64,000 bases of DNA from Phoronis australis. Its lineage: Eukaryota; Animalia; Phoronida. The position numbers and the translations under genes were made by a program. Positions 36,001-46,263 of the stretch are shown here, piece by piece; position 1 is the first letter of the stretch; each line of letters opens with the position of its first letter. The stretch lies in NCBI GenBank assembly GCA_002633005.1, contig NMRA01000001.1, positions 4,690,694 to 4,754,693 on the forward strand, in the 5' to 3' direction. A model generated the notes under the pieces. The model was not told the DNA's origin and searched no databases. It worked only from the letters and a program-made list of their open reading frames with translations.

Positions 36001-39000
36001 ATACACAATACTTAGAAAAATCATCAAAATCTTCCCAAAAGCATAATTTCCACGTGTAATTTGGCACTAGATCTACCCATATACACGCTCCATTACCCTT
36101 ACTTGTAGCCTGTGATCGGATCATAAGGTAAGTCCTCCAGCAGGTCATAAACATAGTTGTTGTAGATCTCGATGTAGGACACAAACACGGCGTAGTTATT
36201 GTCCTCTTCAATATTCGTCACGCACGACGGATCACGCACCCTGTTCTGACTCAGTAAATCACACTTCTCTCTGAAATGTCACAAAAGATAAGTCAATAGC
36301 TAACAAGCAAGATTTAATTACAACTGAAAGTAAACTTCAATCACGAGACAAAACTTAAAAACAGTTTCTCATTTTCCCAAAGTTAAGATACATTTACTAC
36401 TAAGATGACTAAAACTCACAAATAACATTTCTAATAATGCTCTTTGTACTAGATCTACTATAATACAGTTCACAAATCTCTTTGCTGTCAATCATTTCTA
36501 AAATCTATTGGTCTATTTAAACTAGCCTTTAATCTATTTATATTGGCAATACTTTTTGCTGACTGGGCCATGCCAATATAGGCTGGTGTAAACAGACCTG
36601 CAAAACAGCAGCAGTTGAACAATTAAGAAAAACAACATCTAAATAAACACCTAAATCACTTCAATAACACAGCACCAATTCAACAACAGCACCAACTAAA
36701 CAACAGCACCAACTAAACAACAATGCCACATCGACAGCAACACAACTGCATCCAACATGCAAGTCACCCTGTCCACCTGTAGATGTCTCCACTGTCTGGC
36801 TCGCTGTTGAAGGGCGACTTGGTGACTGGTGTACGCCGTCTGTTCACCAGGGAACTGTGTAGAGGGCACTTCTGTATTAACTCTCATGGAGGGGGTTTGA
36901 GAGGGATCAGTGGGTCTTGGGTGTATAGAGGCAACTGTGAATTAACCTGGTGACCCCGACGTCACAAGGGAGGTCATACTGTGACCACACTATTTTATGT
37001 TAAAAGACTATGAAATCAGGTTCTCCAGTCAAGAACGCGGAAACTGAGTGAATTGTGCCATATTTTCCAGGCCGACAATGACACAAATTATCACTTGATT
37101 ACCACACAATACGAGAACTCCCGCAATAATTCAAGAAATTTTTGACATCACTGTCATGCTCAATCTGCATTAAATTACTACTTTCAAACATTTAGTTATC
37201 AAATCTCAAGTCTGGAGGAATTGAGACCTCACATTCAGGTCATGTCAAATAAAACATGGCAGAACATTTCAAAGATTCCTCTGCTGCAGCAATTATGCAA
37301 ATTAATACCTGGCAATCAGAATTTTGCAGATTTATCAATGTCAGATTGCTAATTCAAAGTATCAATAAAATCAGAAACTTTCATTTTCGGAATCGCCCAT
37401 CCAAATCCAAGCCGTCTTTTTCAAAATTGGCGCCTACTGGGTAGCACGAGCGCCCGTCACCACACCTTGGGGTCCCTACATGATGGCAACCATTCTAAGT
37501 CCCATGTCATTAGCTTGGCAACACCCCTCATAATGAGATCTGTGCCTTACCTGTGTTTGACTGAGGCTGGTGTAGACAGGCCAGGTAGCACCTCATTCCT
37601 CTGGCGATCCAACATGGCGTCAGCTTCTGTTTGCACATCAAACATGTTCATTTTGTCAGGCTTGAACACCTGCAGCAAAACACTCACAATTACCTCCACG
37701 AAAGATTATCATTTCAGTTACTTCCATCCAGGTCCAGAAATTTAGAGGTACACTCATAGCACAAATACCCTTTAGTCGATTTTGAATGAAACCTTCTTTA
37801 AATGCCGATATCTCTCAAAAATGTTGTTAGCAATTTTTTATTCCTCATTCACTTTGGTTTCTATGCCAAATTAACTCTCAAAACATTAGGGATTTTTGTA
37901 ACACCAGCAACAGTATTCGTCTATGGCTCACTACAATAAACTAGGTCTTTTAAAAGAAAAATCCCTCAAATGACACTTTTGAGATTGCTAAGTAAATATT
38001 GAAATTGGAATGTTTCAGAGATATCTACTCCATCTTCAGATAAACTTGATTTGTCGAAGCGGAGAAAAAGTGTAAAAGGTCACAAGTCTTGAAAATCTGA
38101 CGCCTTCCACATAAGTATGCGGTGAAAACTTGTTTTTGGTTTATATAACCCATACATGCCTTAACCAAGTTCATTACTTCAACATTCACTCGCAATGTCA
38201 TTAATTAACTTGATTATCACTAAAACAATTTAAGTTTGTATATGACGTTTCATGTACCTCGAGTCAATTACGTCAAAAGGCAGAGTCAGCTGTAACTAGG
38301 CCAACAGTTCATTGTACACACACCATGCATCAGGAGACTGATATCAAAAAAAAAAAACCAACGAAATGGATAAATAGAGTGAATGGTTAAAGTGCACTGT
38401 GAGCACAAGATTGAAACAACAAATTACTAATGAAATAAATTTGGAAGAGGATTTATATTTTTTCACAACTTGCTGAGTGTGTTCATGAACACAAAATCAC
38501 AAACTGGGGTCGCGGCGACTCTGGACTCTGTGCATTCATTCGCAACGGTCATATGCACTCAGGATCAGTATTACGTTTTGTATTCATTTTCTGTGACATT
38601 TATCTATGCTATGTACACCTCGTTGACTCATTATTATGGCGACTCTCTGAATAAATGGATTGTGGTTATATACCAAAGTGTTCTATGCCTGGCGAGACAT
38701 TTAATCTGAGTGACAGCTCTGTAACCTATACAAATTTCCACGGGGTTGAAGTGGGTCTGGAAAATCGTTTTTTCGGCTATAAACAGGCCAGATATCAATT
38801 TTAAAGTTAATTAGAAATGAAGAAAAAAGATTCATCCACACAGGTATTCAGTATTGTAAAAAATAAAAAATAGGAGTAAGGTCTTTCCTATCCTTAAGCT
38901 GTACATCTGGAGTCCCTCCCTTCCAAAAGCAGACGTCTTGTACACTTGTGAAAATGGTGATAATGTGATGATAATAATGGCAATTATGAAGACAATCCAA

Positions 39001-42000
39001 ACTGTCTGATGAAGATATAAATTCTTGAACATGCTTTACTGTAAACGGAACAACTACAGGGCAGTCAAACTGGTACATCTGCCATAGTTATTTCACCATC
39101 ATTTTCTCAATTACTACTAGTGTGCTGCCTAAGACTAAAATGCACACTATTTATTCTATGACACAGTAAGAGATGATTTAACAGTTGCCTAGTTATCCTG
39201 TGACACAGTAAGAGACAGTTTAGCAGTTGTGTATTTATCCTGTGACAAAGTCAGAGACAGATTAATAGTTTAACAGTTGCGTAGTTATCCTGTCACACAG
39301 TGAGAGATGATTTAACAGTTCCCCGGTTCTTCACTATCAACTGTCGTAAAAGTTACAGAGTGTAGTCTGGGAAGCCTGTTGGCAGTGATGCACTTACATA
39401 TTTCCTGGCCTGCAGGTCCATTATGCTGTTGAATATCATGTCCATACAGCGTGGAAGAACACCTTGCTCTGCTGGGGGTCCAGTCATGGTGAAAGTCTTC
39501 CCAGAGCCAGTGATCCCGTAGGTGAACAACAGCCCTGTTAATGGACGTATACTCAGTGATGGATGGCAGTGAAATACTTCAGCATGTAAACAGACAAGTA
39601 CCCAGTAACGGATGGCAGGGAAGCACTTCAGCATGTCAATATACATTTACCCAGTGACGGATGGTGAAACACTATGTATGGCATACATGCACTCACCATT
39701 CTTGCCATGGACCAGGTCGTCCACCAGTGGTGATGCCACGTGGTCGAATAGAGCCTTCTGGGACGTGTACTCATCAAATACACACTTGAACGAGTACTGA
39801 GTCTGGAATAGAGGCACATGTAAGACACTGTATCAATCCAACAACAAAAATTTCAGGTACCTAGGCTGTACAAATAAAACATTTTAGATATGAATTTAGT
39901 GTGATACTGGTGTGAGCCTGACTAACAATACTCTAACACATACAACTCCAATAAACTTCCTGAAAAGTATTTCAAAAAAGGAGAGTTAAGTGGTATACTC
40001 ATGCAGATACTAAATCATTTTTGTGACATTTATGGGACAGAACATTCACTACAAGTACACTTAATGACAATAATTAAAAAAGTATGAGAGTTGCATAGTG
40101 TAAAGCAGTGACGAATACATGAGAAAATAGATGGCAAGAGGGTCAGGGACAGGAAAACTAAAAGTTTGGAAAAGAAAGAACAAAAAGATAAACAATAACA
40201 GAGCAGAAAAGTGACAATATCTTTCACAGCAAGCAGTGCTCAACAGACCATGAGAAGACATAGCCAAGCTTCATGTTTCTTGAGCAGCATACAGTCCACA
40301 TAAACATGAGCCACCCAGTAAAGAAGCAAACTTTAAAGCAGCAGTGAAAGTAAATAATAACAAGTGCAAAGCTTGGGTAAAGAAAATTGTTATAGGTATG
40401 GGACTGTTTTGATCAAAATTCCCAGGTTATTAACTATAGTCTGGTTATAAGGTTAAATTAAAAACATTCACATTGAGTTCATTCATTCATTCAGAACAGG
40501 AACTGCCAAAACTAAGGTAGAGTTGGAGTCTGGAAATTGGATGCAGGGTTCACTTTTTACAAGGTGCTCCGTGTCATGGAAAATTGAAGATTTCACAAGG
40601 AAAGCCTAGCTTGGCATCTCTCTAGGTTAGAACTGAACCATGATTGGTAGAATCTTGTTGAAATGAACCCTGGCCACACGCTGTATTATGTTGTGACTTG
40701 ACATAAGGGGCCCCGACCTACTTTACCTCTTTGTACTGTCCATTTCTGTAGGCTTGTGAGCTCTGCCGAGACAAAAGCAAAGCATCATGTGTCTGACCAC
40801 TTCAACAAGATGTCAAGCTATGACATGGGCTCAGTAACGCGCACAAAGATTTATACACAACAAGGAGATGAAAACAACACCAACAGGAAAACGACTGACG
40901 TGAAATTAAAGCAAGTCACATGACATGTTCTGCAGTCACAGAACTATTTGTCAGCATGAAAACGTACTAAAATAGCCTGCAATGCGGATGCAAGGGAATG
41001 TATGAGAATGAAACAAATACATCCATTTTACAAGTGTTGGCAGTTGACAGAGCACACATACGCACCCACCACGTACATGGCATATAGCGTAGATACAAGG
41101 AATTGCTCTTAATATCAATTATTTCCACAGAAATTGGATACATGTGAAAACCAATATAGAGCTGCTCTCCTCATTAGCAACACAAAGGCCAAATTTCATG
41201 AAGATCCACCAAAGAACTTTATATTAGGCATGAAGACAGATGCAGTGACAATTTGTCACAGCAGTCAGAGCTGTTAAAAATCCATTAGCTCATCAGCCGT
41301 GCTTGACAATAGTAAAACATATGCCATAAATATATATTCAGTAACTAGGTTTCTGGCCCTTCAAATCATCAAATACAATACGTGAAAATCCTTCAAAGAA
41401 CTTAGTAGACATTGAGGCAGTCACAAAAAACAAAATTGCCACTAAGGAGCACAGCGGTAGTCAGACAAATCTACCATTAAGATCCTTCAAGATAGATAGG
41501 AGATACTGAGGGAAAGGCAAAAGTCTGACACTACGGTGTGCCAAAGTAATCGGTCTAGTCCGAAAATTGACGTAAGTCGTGCTCTCCTCAATAGGAACAC
41601 AAAGTTCATGAAAATAAATTCAAAACTGATAGATATTGAGGCAGACAAAAAGAATTTGCCACCAGAGGGCACTGTAGTAGTTGGGCGCTTCCAAAATTGA
41701 CTTCAGTTGTACTCTATTGTCAATAGAAAAGCATCTGTCAAATTTAACACTGATCCTACAAAACATTAAAAGTGGCAACTAGAGGGCACAGAATAGATTG
41801 AATCCATCCTCATTTAGCAAGGTGTAGTAATCATTTAAATGAAAATATATATTATAAAAATGCACCAAGGAACTTGGTAGATACAGAGACAAGTGTAAAA
41901 AATTGAATTGTCTCTAAGGGGCACACTGCGAGTCAGGTCAATCTGAAAGTCTTCATCCATCAACTTGATTTGAACACATCAGGTCAAATTTCCTGAACAT

Positions 42001-45000
42001 CGTGCAAAGGTTTTAGGAGATACAGGAGCAGATGGCCGACGCCCAGATAGAGATAATGACAATATGCACCCTCATGTGTGGTCACATTAAAATAGATCAC
42101 ATGTAGTCCATCTGCGCAAAAGATGGCCTATGATTACTAGAAACGAAATTTGCTCAATAGCGTTTCGAACATCTGATGAGTTGAAATTAATAGCAAACAT
42201 TTGAAAGTTCACAGGACTTATCAATACCTATTGTGAAACCCGCCAATGAGTTCTGTCGACTGCACAACATGCAAAATGACAGTTGAAGCCGATAAAATTA
42301 AAATGAACCTTAAGCAGTGAATTATTGGAGACATCAAAGGCACATTAAGTCAATCACTCCACACAACTACGGGTAAAGTTGGCAAGAGAAGACATGTGCA
42401 TCACACTGGGTAGCAGAGATCAGCCGACACTTACCTCGCCCGGAGTAATCTGAAGGGTCTTGTCATCCACAATCTTGATACATATGTCCTCCTGTTGATC
42501 CACAGGTCGCACTCGACAATACACCTGCAAATATATAATCCACTTAAAGGGACAACGGTTCATAATTGACATTCCAAGGAAAGGAATTGGGTGGGATGGA
42601 AGAAGTTGAGCGGTGAGCAGATCAAGTACCAAACACCGTAGCTCTTAAAAAGCAAAGATTTGACTGAAGAATTATAGCATTCCCAACAAGAGAGATTTTG
42701 TGTTTTATTCCAAACCAGGTAAAAATATTGATGAATCAACTGCATAATGGATGACATTCAGTGCATAAATTGTGGCTAAAAGTTTAGAATGCTTATACTG
42801 CTAAAACAGTCCATGCAGTTCAAAGCATAGATGGCCAATGGCTATAACCACCAAGAAACTGTGCTGGTGCATTTTCATAAAGTGCTAAAAATGCATAGAG
42901 AAATGCTTTTTTAAATTCCCTCCTGTCAAAAAGATTGCATAGAAGAATGTTTGAAACCTATAAGATGGGCCGGGTTACCAATGTTTGAGTTTCTAGCTAT
43001 CACTTGTCAAGACTATGGCCTCAGCAGAATTTTGTAATTACATATAGCCAATTTTCTCTAGTGGTGTCTGTTGTCCTAACTTTTGACCTTTCAGATTCCT
43101 GTTGTGGTTATACAGCTGATCACTTCTGCCCCATGTGAGTTCCATTTCTTTCAATTGTTGTAAAGCGGGAATTTTACTCATACCGTACAAGTAGATCGCG
43201 GTCTATGATGACCGGAGTACCGTTTGAATATGTTTCAGCAGAATATATCACGGACTATTCATTTCGTTGCCACAATATCTTTGGGACAATTGTTGTGACA
43301 TCTGTCCCCTGACAATAGACAGGAAATGCTACAATATGAAAAACTGGAAAAATCAAAATCAAGCCATGCCTTCAATGAGCCTTGACAAACTGTTAAAACT
43401 AACAAATAATTTGAAAGTTACCTTCATAGCATAGGATGAGTTGATATAGGAAAGAGACATAATTGTGCAATTTGGATGTGTTTCTGTCTACAACCTAACA
43501 CTGAGTCATGGTTTCACTTTTGTTTGGAAATTCCTTTTGGTAAGTATAATAACAGAGACCAGTGAACTCGTCAGCTTTCTAAATGTTTTATGTGGTGCCA
43601 AGTGTTGACAAATTAGAAAACAAAACTGAAATTACAGCATGTTTGAAAATTCTTTTATTATGCTTTTAAAAGGAAACAGGAACAGACATTCAAAAAAAAA
43701 TTTAAAAACTCAATTCACATGCACCCAAGATACTAAATATCAACGACCTGCCAGACCTTGTAACAGTGCAACCTAGTTCACAGCTGGATGGATGGTTACG
43801 GTAGCATGATAGTCTTTACTCACCTCTACAGGGTCTGTTTGTTTGCTCCGTTTTTTCGGGGTCTTTCCTCTCCTAAAATAAAAATAGCATGCTCATTTCA
43901 AATGTTTCTCTTGTGTCTCCATGTTTCTTAGTACCAGTTTCAGGGATATGCGATAGGCGACAGATAGTAATCACAACAGGGAGAGATCCCGTCTGTGCTG
44001 CCTCCCTTGGCTATACTACTTGATGGACGACCTGCCCATAATTCTTCATATAATTCTATTTGACTCAGAGCACACTTGGACTTGAACTGTCACAAGAAAG
44101 CAATTATCGCTATTGCATGAACACTGCATATAGTCAACTACAGGCCACTTTTACCAGATTTTTGTAATTTTCTATTTTGTTGTGAATTTCCGAGGCACGT
44201 GACATAGTTAAATAAAACCTAAAGGCCTTTCTTAAATCACTTGTCAATGGCACTTGTCTATTGACCAATTAGTTTGGTCGCTTTATAAACACCACCTGCC
44301 TTGGTTTAATACCAAAAGTAAGTAAATGTGTGTTTCATACGTGGGGATGACGTTATATCCCTTTGCACAAATAATGTAAAAATGACCAATTTGGGTAACT
44401 GAATGAAGGACTGTTCGAAAAAAGTTTAATTACAGGAGTATTTATTCGAGTTAGAAAAAATTAAAGACATCGACAGTCTCCTAAAGAGTCCCTCTATGCA
44501 CAAAAGTTACACATACAGGGCCCTTAATCTTGGGCTGAATATCACTTAAGCTTAGGCAATTACATCGCCCTGTAATGCCCCAGGCAAACAGGTACGATAG
44601 TACATCCCCATAGAAAGTTACTCATTTCAAAACCCAGCAAATAACATTGAATGAAACATCGAGTTATAATTAACACACATCACAACCTTGGACTCCTGGA
44701 GACAAAATAGGATATCACGCTCGTTGATGAACCAACAAGTCCAAAGGACACAAATATTACAAATCCCACCACATATCACTCCATGCTACATTTTGCAATT
44801 AGTATCACATGCAAGGTCGCATGAAAAGCTTAGTCTCGCGCTTGTCCTTGCCTACTAAGTAACTCACACGATGTCAACTGAAATACTTTGTGGTTATCGC
44901 GCGTGGTAAAAAAGTTAACAGCAACCAAAAAAGTGGAGTTGGAATTCTTTGCCAAAGCCATCTTAATTCCTATGCTTAATCAAAGATATGTGTATAGAGC

Positions 45001-45727
45001 CAGAAAGGACCACTGAAGAAAACAAGCACATTTTTACGTGACAATTTTAACTTTAAAATGAATTTTTGACGAGGTGAAAACCTCTTATTCAGAGACTGTA
45101 TTTGGACAACCGTCCATTTAAAATACACAGGATGAAAGTAACACAGAAAATTATGGGGGTATTTTGGCCACTATAGCCAGCTGAAGGGTTACGTGTTGCC
45201 TGCCCTACTAGTTTTAAAAACAGTTGCGTTGTGTTAAGTACCTTTGGCAAATATAGGGACACATCGACTGCCTCCTAGGTGACCCTCTATATGTAAAATG
45301 ACAGCTAGAGACAGTGGTCACTGTCTACCTACCAGTACTAGTAGGCCTACATTAGCAAGGCTGTATCGACCCCCACCTACTTCCACCATCAGTTGAGACG
45401 GTGTTGGTGGTTATGCCAGTGTGCCCAGGCAGTATGTTACTAATTTATGTCGTGATTGAACCTGAAACAGGTAACGTGGAAGGCAAAATTGTGTTCCAAG
45501 GTGCAACCATCTTCTTGGGAGTGTCTGTAAATAGTTATTTACGGACATGTTATGCGTTTACTTCCGACCAATGCCGAGCTTGCAAATAACAAGGCTGCCA
45601 AGAAGCAAGACCAGGGCGAGGACGTACCGAGTTTGAGTGAAAATGGACAATTTTAGGCTTAATATGGAACCTCAAGTCTTTAAAAGTAATTCACGTTTTA
45701 GTACTCTACTCACTGTGGTTTCATCAT
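23999..45727 (-). CDS. KIF23: Kinesin-like protein KIF23 (MKLP1/pavarotti, kinesin-6, centralspindlin subunit), complete, about 880 aa
   Basis: 24 phase-consistent exons totalling 2643 nt. N-term MMKPQRGKTPKK...DPVEVYCRVRP, P-loop GITGSGKT, switch I NTESSRSH, switch [17 protein letters not shown], coiled coil, RRRSKS (Aurora B/14-3-3 motif), tail YMITHQE...[24 protein letters not shown]. Confidence 0.95.
24516..24601 (-). CDS. KIF23: KIF23 tail exon
   Basis: [29 protein letters not shown]. Confidence 0.93.
24861..25080 (-). repeat. 40-bp tandem repeat of an exon end plus donor
   Basis: TGATACTGAGACCAAGATATTCAAG|GTATGGTATATCTGT units. Confidence 0.92.
25056..25289 (-). CDS. KIF23: KIF23 tail exon with Aurora B/14-3-3 motif
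   Basis: [25 protein letters not shown]...[21 protein letters not shown]. Confidence 0.93.
25350..27110. mobile_element. Kolobok-like non-autonomous element with long degenerate TIRs
   Basis: AATGTTCCACTTTTGCATGAGGGGCTAT (about 25505) is inverted to ATAGCCCCCCATGCAAAAGTGGGACATT (about 26955); ends in TTAA; same family as 54116-55828; superfamily inferred. Confidence 0.6.
25805..26095. repeat. 57-bp tandem repeat, 5 copies
   Basis: CGTTCATAATCATAACACAATCACATAGGTACACTTGTGTTTCACAACATAATACCC. Confidence 0.93.
27642..27792 (-). CDS. KIF23: KIF23 tail exon
   Basis: [50 protein letters not shown]. Confidence 0.85.
28179..28336 (-). CDS. KIF23: KIF23 exon
   Basis: [31 protein letters not shown]...TPRARATT. 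Confidence 0.88.
28625..29106 (-). repeat. 40-bp tandem repeat of an exon end plus donor
   Basis: GTGATGGAGCGGGAATATG|GTACGTCTGCTTGTGTTATCT units at exact 40-bp spacing. Confidence 0.92.
29091..29201 (-). CDS. KIF23: KIF23 coiled-coil exon
   Basis: [37 protein letters not shown]. Confidence 0.88.
29467..29675 (-). CDS. KIF23: KIF23 coiled-coil exon
   Basis: [26 protein letters not shown]...[11 protein letters not shown]. Confidence 0.9.
29890..29992 (-). CDS. KIF23: KIF23 exon
   Basis: [34 protein letters not shown]. Confidence 0.88.
30779..30840 (-). CDS. KIF23: KIF23 neck exon
   Basis: [21 protein letters not shown]. Confidence 0.85.
31094..31525. mobile_element. Harbinger-like MITE, family B
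   Basis: About 50-bp TIR TGCATGAAACAGTCCCAAATAGGTACTCAACTAAGTTCCCTA and its inverse; CTG TSD. Confidence 0.82.
31750..31779 (-). CDS. KIF23: KIF23 probable 30-nt neck micro-exon
   Basis: ccgtttcag|AGGAGTTACTAAGCCCCGCACATGGTGAAG|gtaaag; phase 1-1, encodes [10 protein letters not shown]; skippable in frame. Confidence 0.6.
32203..32347 (-). CDS. KIF23: KIF23 exon 14 (end of motor, neck)
   Basis: [17 protein letters not shown]...[24 protein letters not shown]; g|gtgagt donor. Confidence 0.9.
32772..32891 (-). CDS. KIF23: KIF23 exon 13
   Basis: [40 protein letters not shown]. Confidence 0.95.
33425..33504 (-). CDS. KIF23: KIF23 exon 12
   Basis: [27 protein letters not shown]. Confidence 0.94.
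33874..34119. repeat. 16-bp perfect tandem repeat abutting KIF23 exon 11
   Basis: CCCAGTCTGCCTGTAC, about 15 copies. Confidence 0.95.
34119..34221 (-). CDS. KIF23: KIF23 exon 11 (switch II); donor obscured by N
   Basis: [34 protein letters not shown]; 3' end runs into the N at 34120 and a 16-bp repeat. Confidence 0.88.
34924..35045 (-). CDS. KIF23: KIF23 exon 10 (switch I)
   Basis: [40 protein letters not shown]. Confidence 0.95.
35714..35826 (-). CDS. KIF23: KIF23 exon 9
   Basis: [38 protein letters not shown]. Confidence 0.94.
36103..36270 (-). CDS. KIF23: KIF23 exon 8
   Basis: [14 protein letters not shown]...[31 protein letters not shown]. Confidence 0.93.
37551..37669 (-). CDS. KIF23: KIF23 exon 7 (kinesin-6 loop 6 insert)
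   Basis: [39 protein letters not shown]. Confidence 0.92.
37745..38850. repeat. Interspersed repeat (degenerate DNA transposon), homologous to 52150-53150
   Basis: Shared colinear blocks TTCAACATTCACT.GCAATGTCA, GGCAGAGTCA, CAACAGTTCA, GACTC..ATTATGG.GACTC, CTATGCCT, AAATCGTTTTTT; boundaries approximate. Confidence 0.6.
39150..39320. repeat. Degenerate tandem repeat of about 41 bp
   Basis: TATCCTGTGACACAGTAAGAGATGATTTAACAGTTG-like units, about 4 copies. Confidence 0.8.
39398..39534 (-). CDS. KIF23: KIF23 exon 6 (P-loop)
   Basis: [18 protein letters not shown]...LQARKY. Confidence 0.95.
39697..39802 (-). CDS. KIF23: KIF23 exon 5
   Basis: [36 protein letters not shown]. Confidence 0.93.
40727..40762 (-). 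CDS. KIF23: KIF23 exon 4 (36 nt)
   Basis: [12 protein letters not shown], matching the RNGxYKE of KIF23 orthologs. Confidence 0.88.
41045..42093. mobile_element. Degenerate Helentron/DINE-1 (pearl)-like element with internal tandem core
   Basis: Recurring CAAATTTCATGAAGATCC...AGATATTGAGGCAG-like units and GGGCAC motifs, ending in GACGCCCAGATAGA...short hairpin...TAAAA; family call is an inference. Confidence 0.4.
42435..42524 (-). CDS. KIF23: KIF23 exon 3
   Basis: [30 protein letters not shown]. Confidence 0.93.
43824..43872 (-). CDS. KIF23: KIF23 exon 2
   Basis: [16 protein letters not shown] (Cdk1-type TPKK site). Confidence 0.9.
45714..45727 (-). CDS. KIF23: KIF23 first coding exon
   Basis: ATG ATG AAA CCA CA|gtgagt; joins in phase to 43872. 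Confidence 0.85.
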
Positions 45728-45789
45728 TTTCAATATTTCTTTAATACACCAATTTTCGACAAAGAACTTAGTATCTTGAATCTTGGTTC

Positions 45790-46090
45790 AGCGCTTTCAT
45801 TCAAATTTCCAGCCTCGTTCGCTTTCGTCCAATCAGAAATAAGAACAAGGGTGACACCTGTTGGATGAATTCATTGACACCGCTTGAGAAAATTGTTTTC
45901 ACTACAAGAGTTAAAATTATCAACCTTAAATTAAATTGTCTGGTCACTTATGTCTAAAGTGTGTTGTACTTCAGATCATTCAATGTTCAGCATAATAAAA
46001 AGGCGCGAATTGTTGCAAAGGTGTGGCAATTTGTCCTGTTGTTTTGTTTTAACCGGACGTGACCTATTGCGCACGCGTATTTTAAGGTGT
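45790..46090. promoter_or_regulatory. Bidirectional KIF23/ADAM10 promoter with cell-cycle elements
   Basis: CHR TTTGAA on the - strand (45800-45805), CCAATCAG box (45829-45836), E2F-like GGCGCGAA (46002-46009), NRF1-like TGCGCACGCG (about 46066-46077), between divergent ATGs. Confidence 0.7.
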
Positions 46091-46208
46091 GTCGCTGTCT
46101 GTTTAGCCGCTGTCGACTGATGTTGTCTATTTATTTATGATATTTACTTAATTTATGGTTTTTGTTTTAGTATTGAAAGCTGTTACAAATTAGAGAACAC
46201 TTTCCACT

Positions 46209-46263
46209 ATGTGGAAGTTCGGAATAACATGGATAATAGTGATCTTTGCTGTCACAAATGCGG
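46209..46263 (+). CDS. ADAM10: ADAM10 exon 1 (signal peptide)
   Basis: MWKFGITWIIVIFAVTNA+G|gtacgt: hydrophobic signal peptide, 55 nt, phase 1 as exon 2 requires. Confidence 0.8.
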
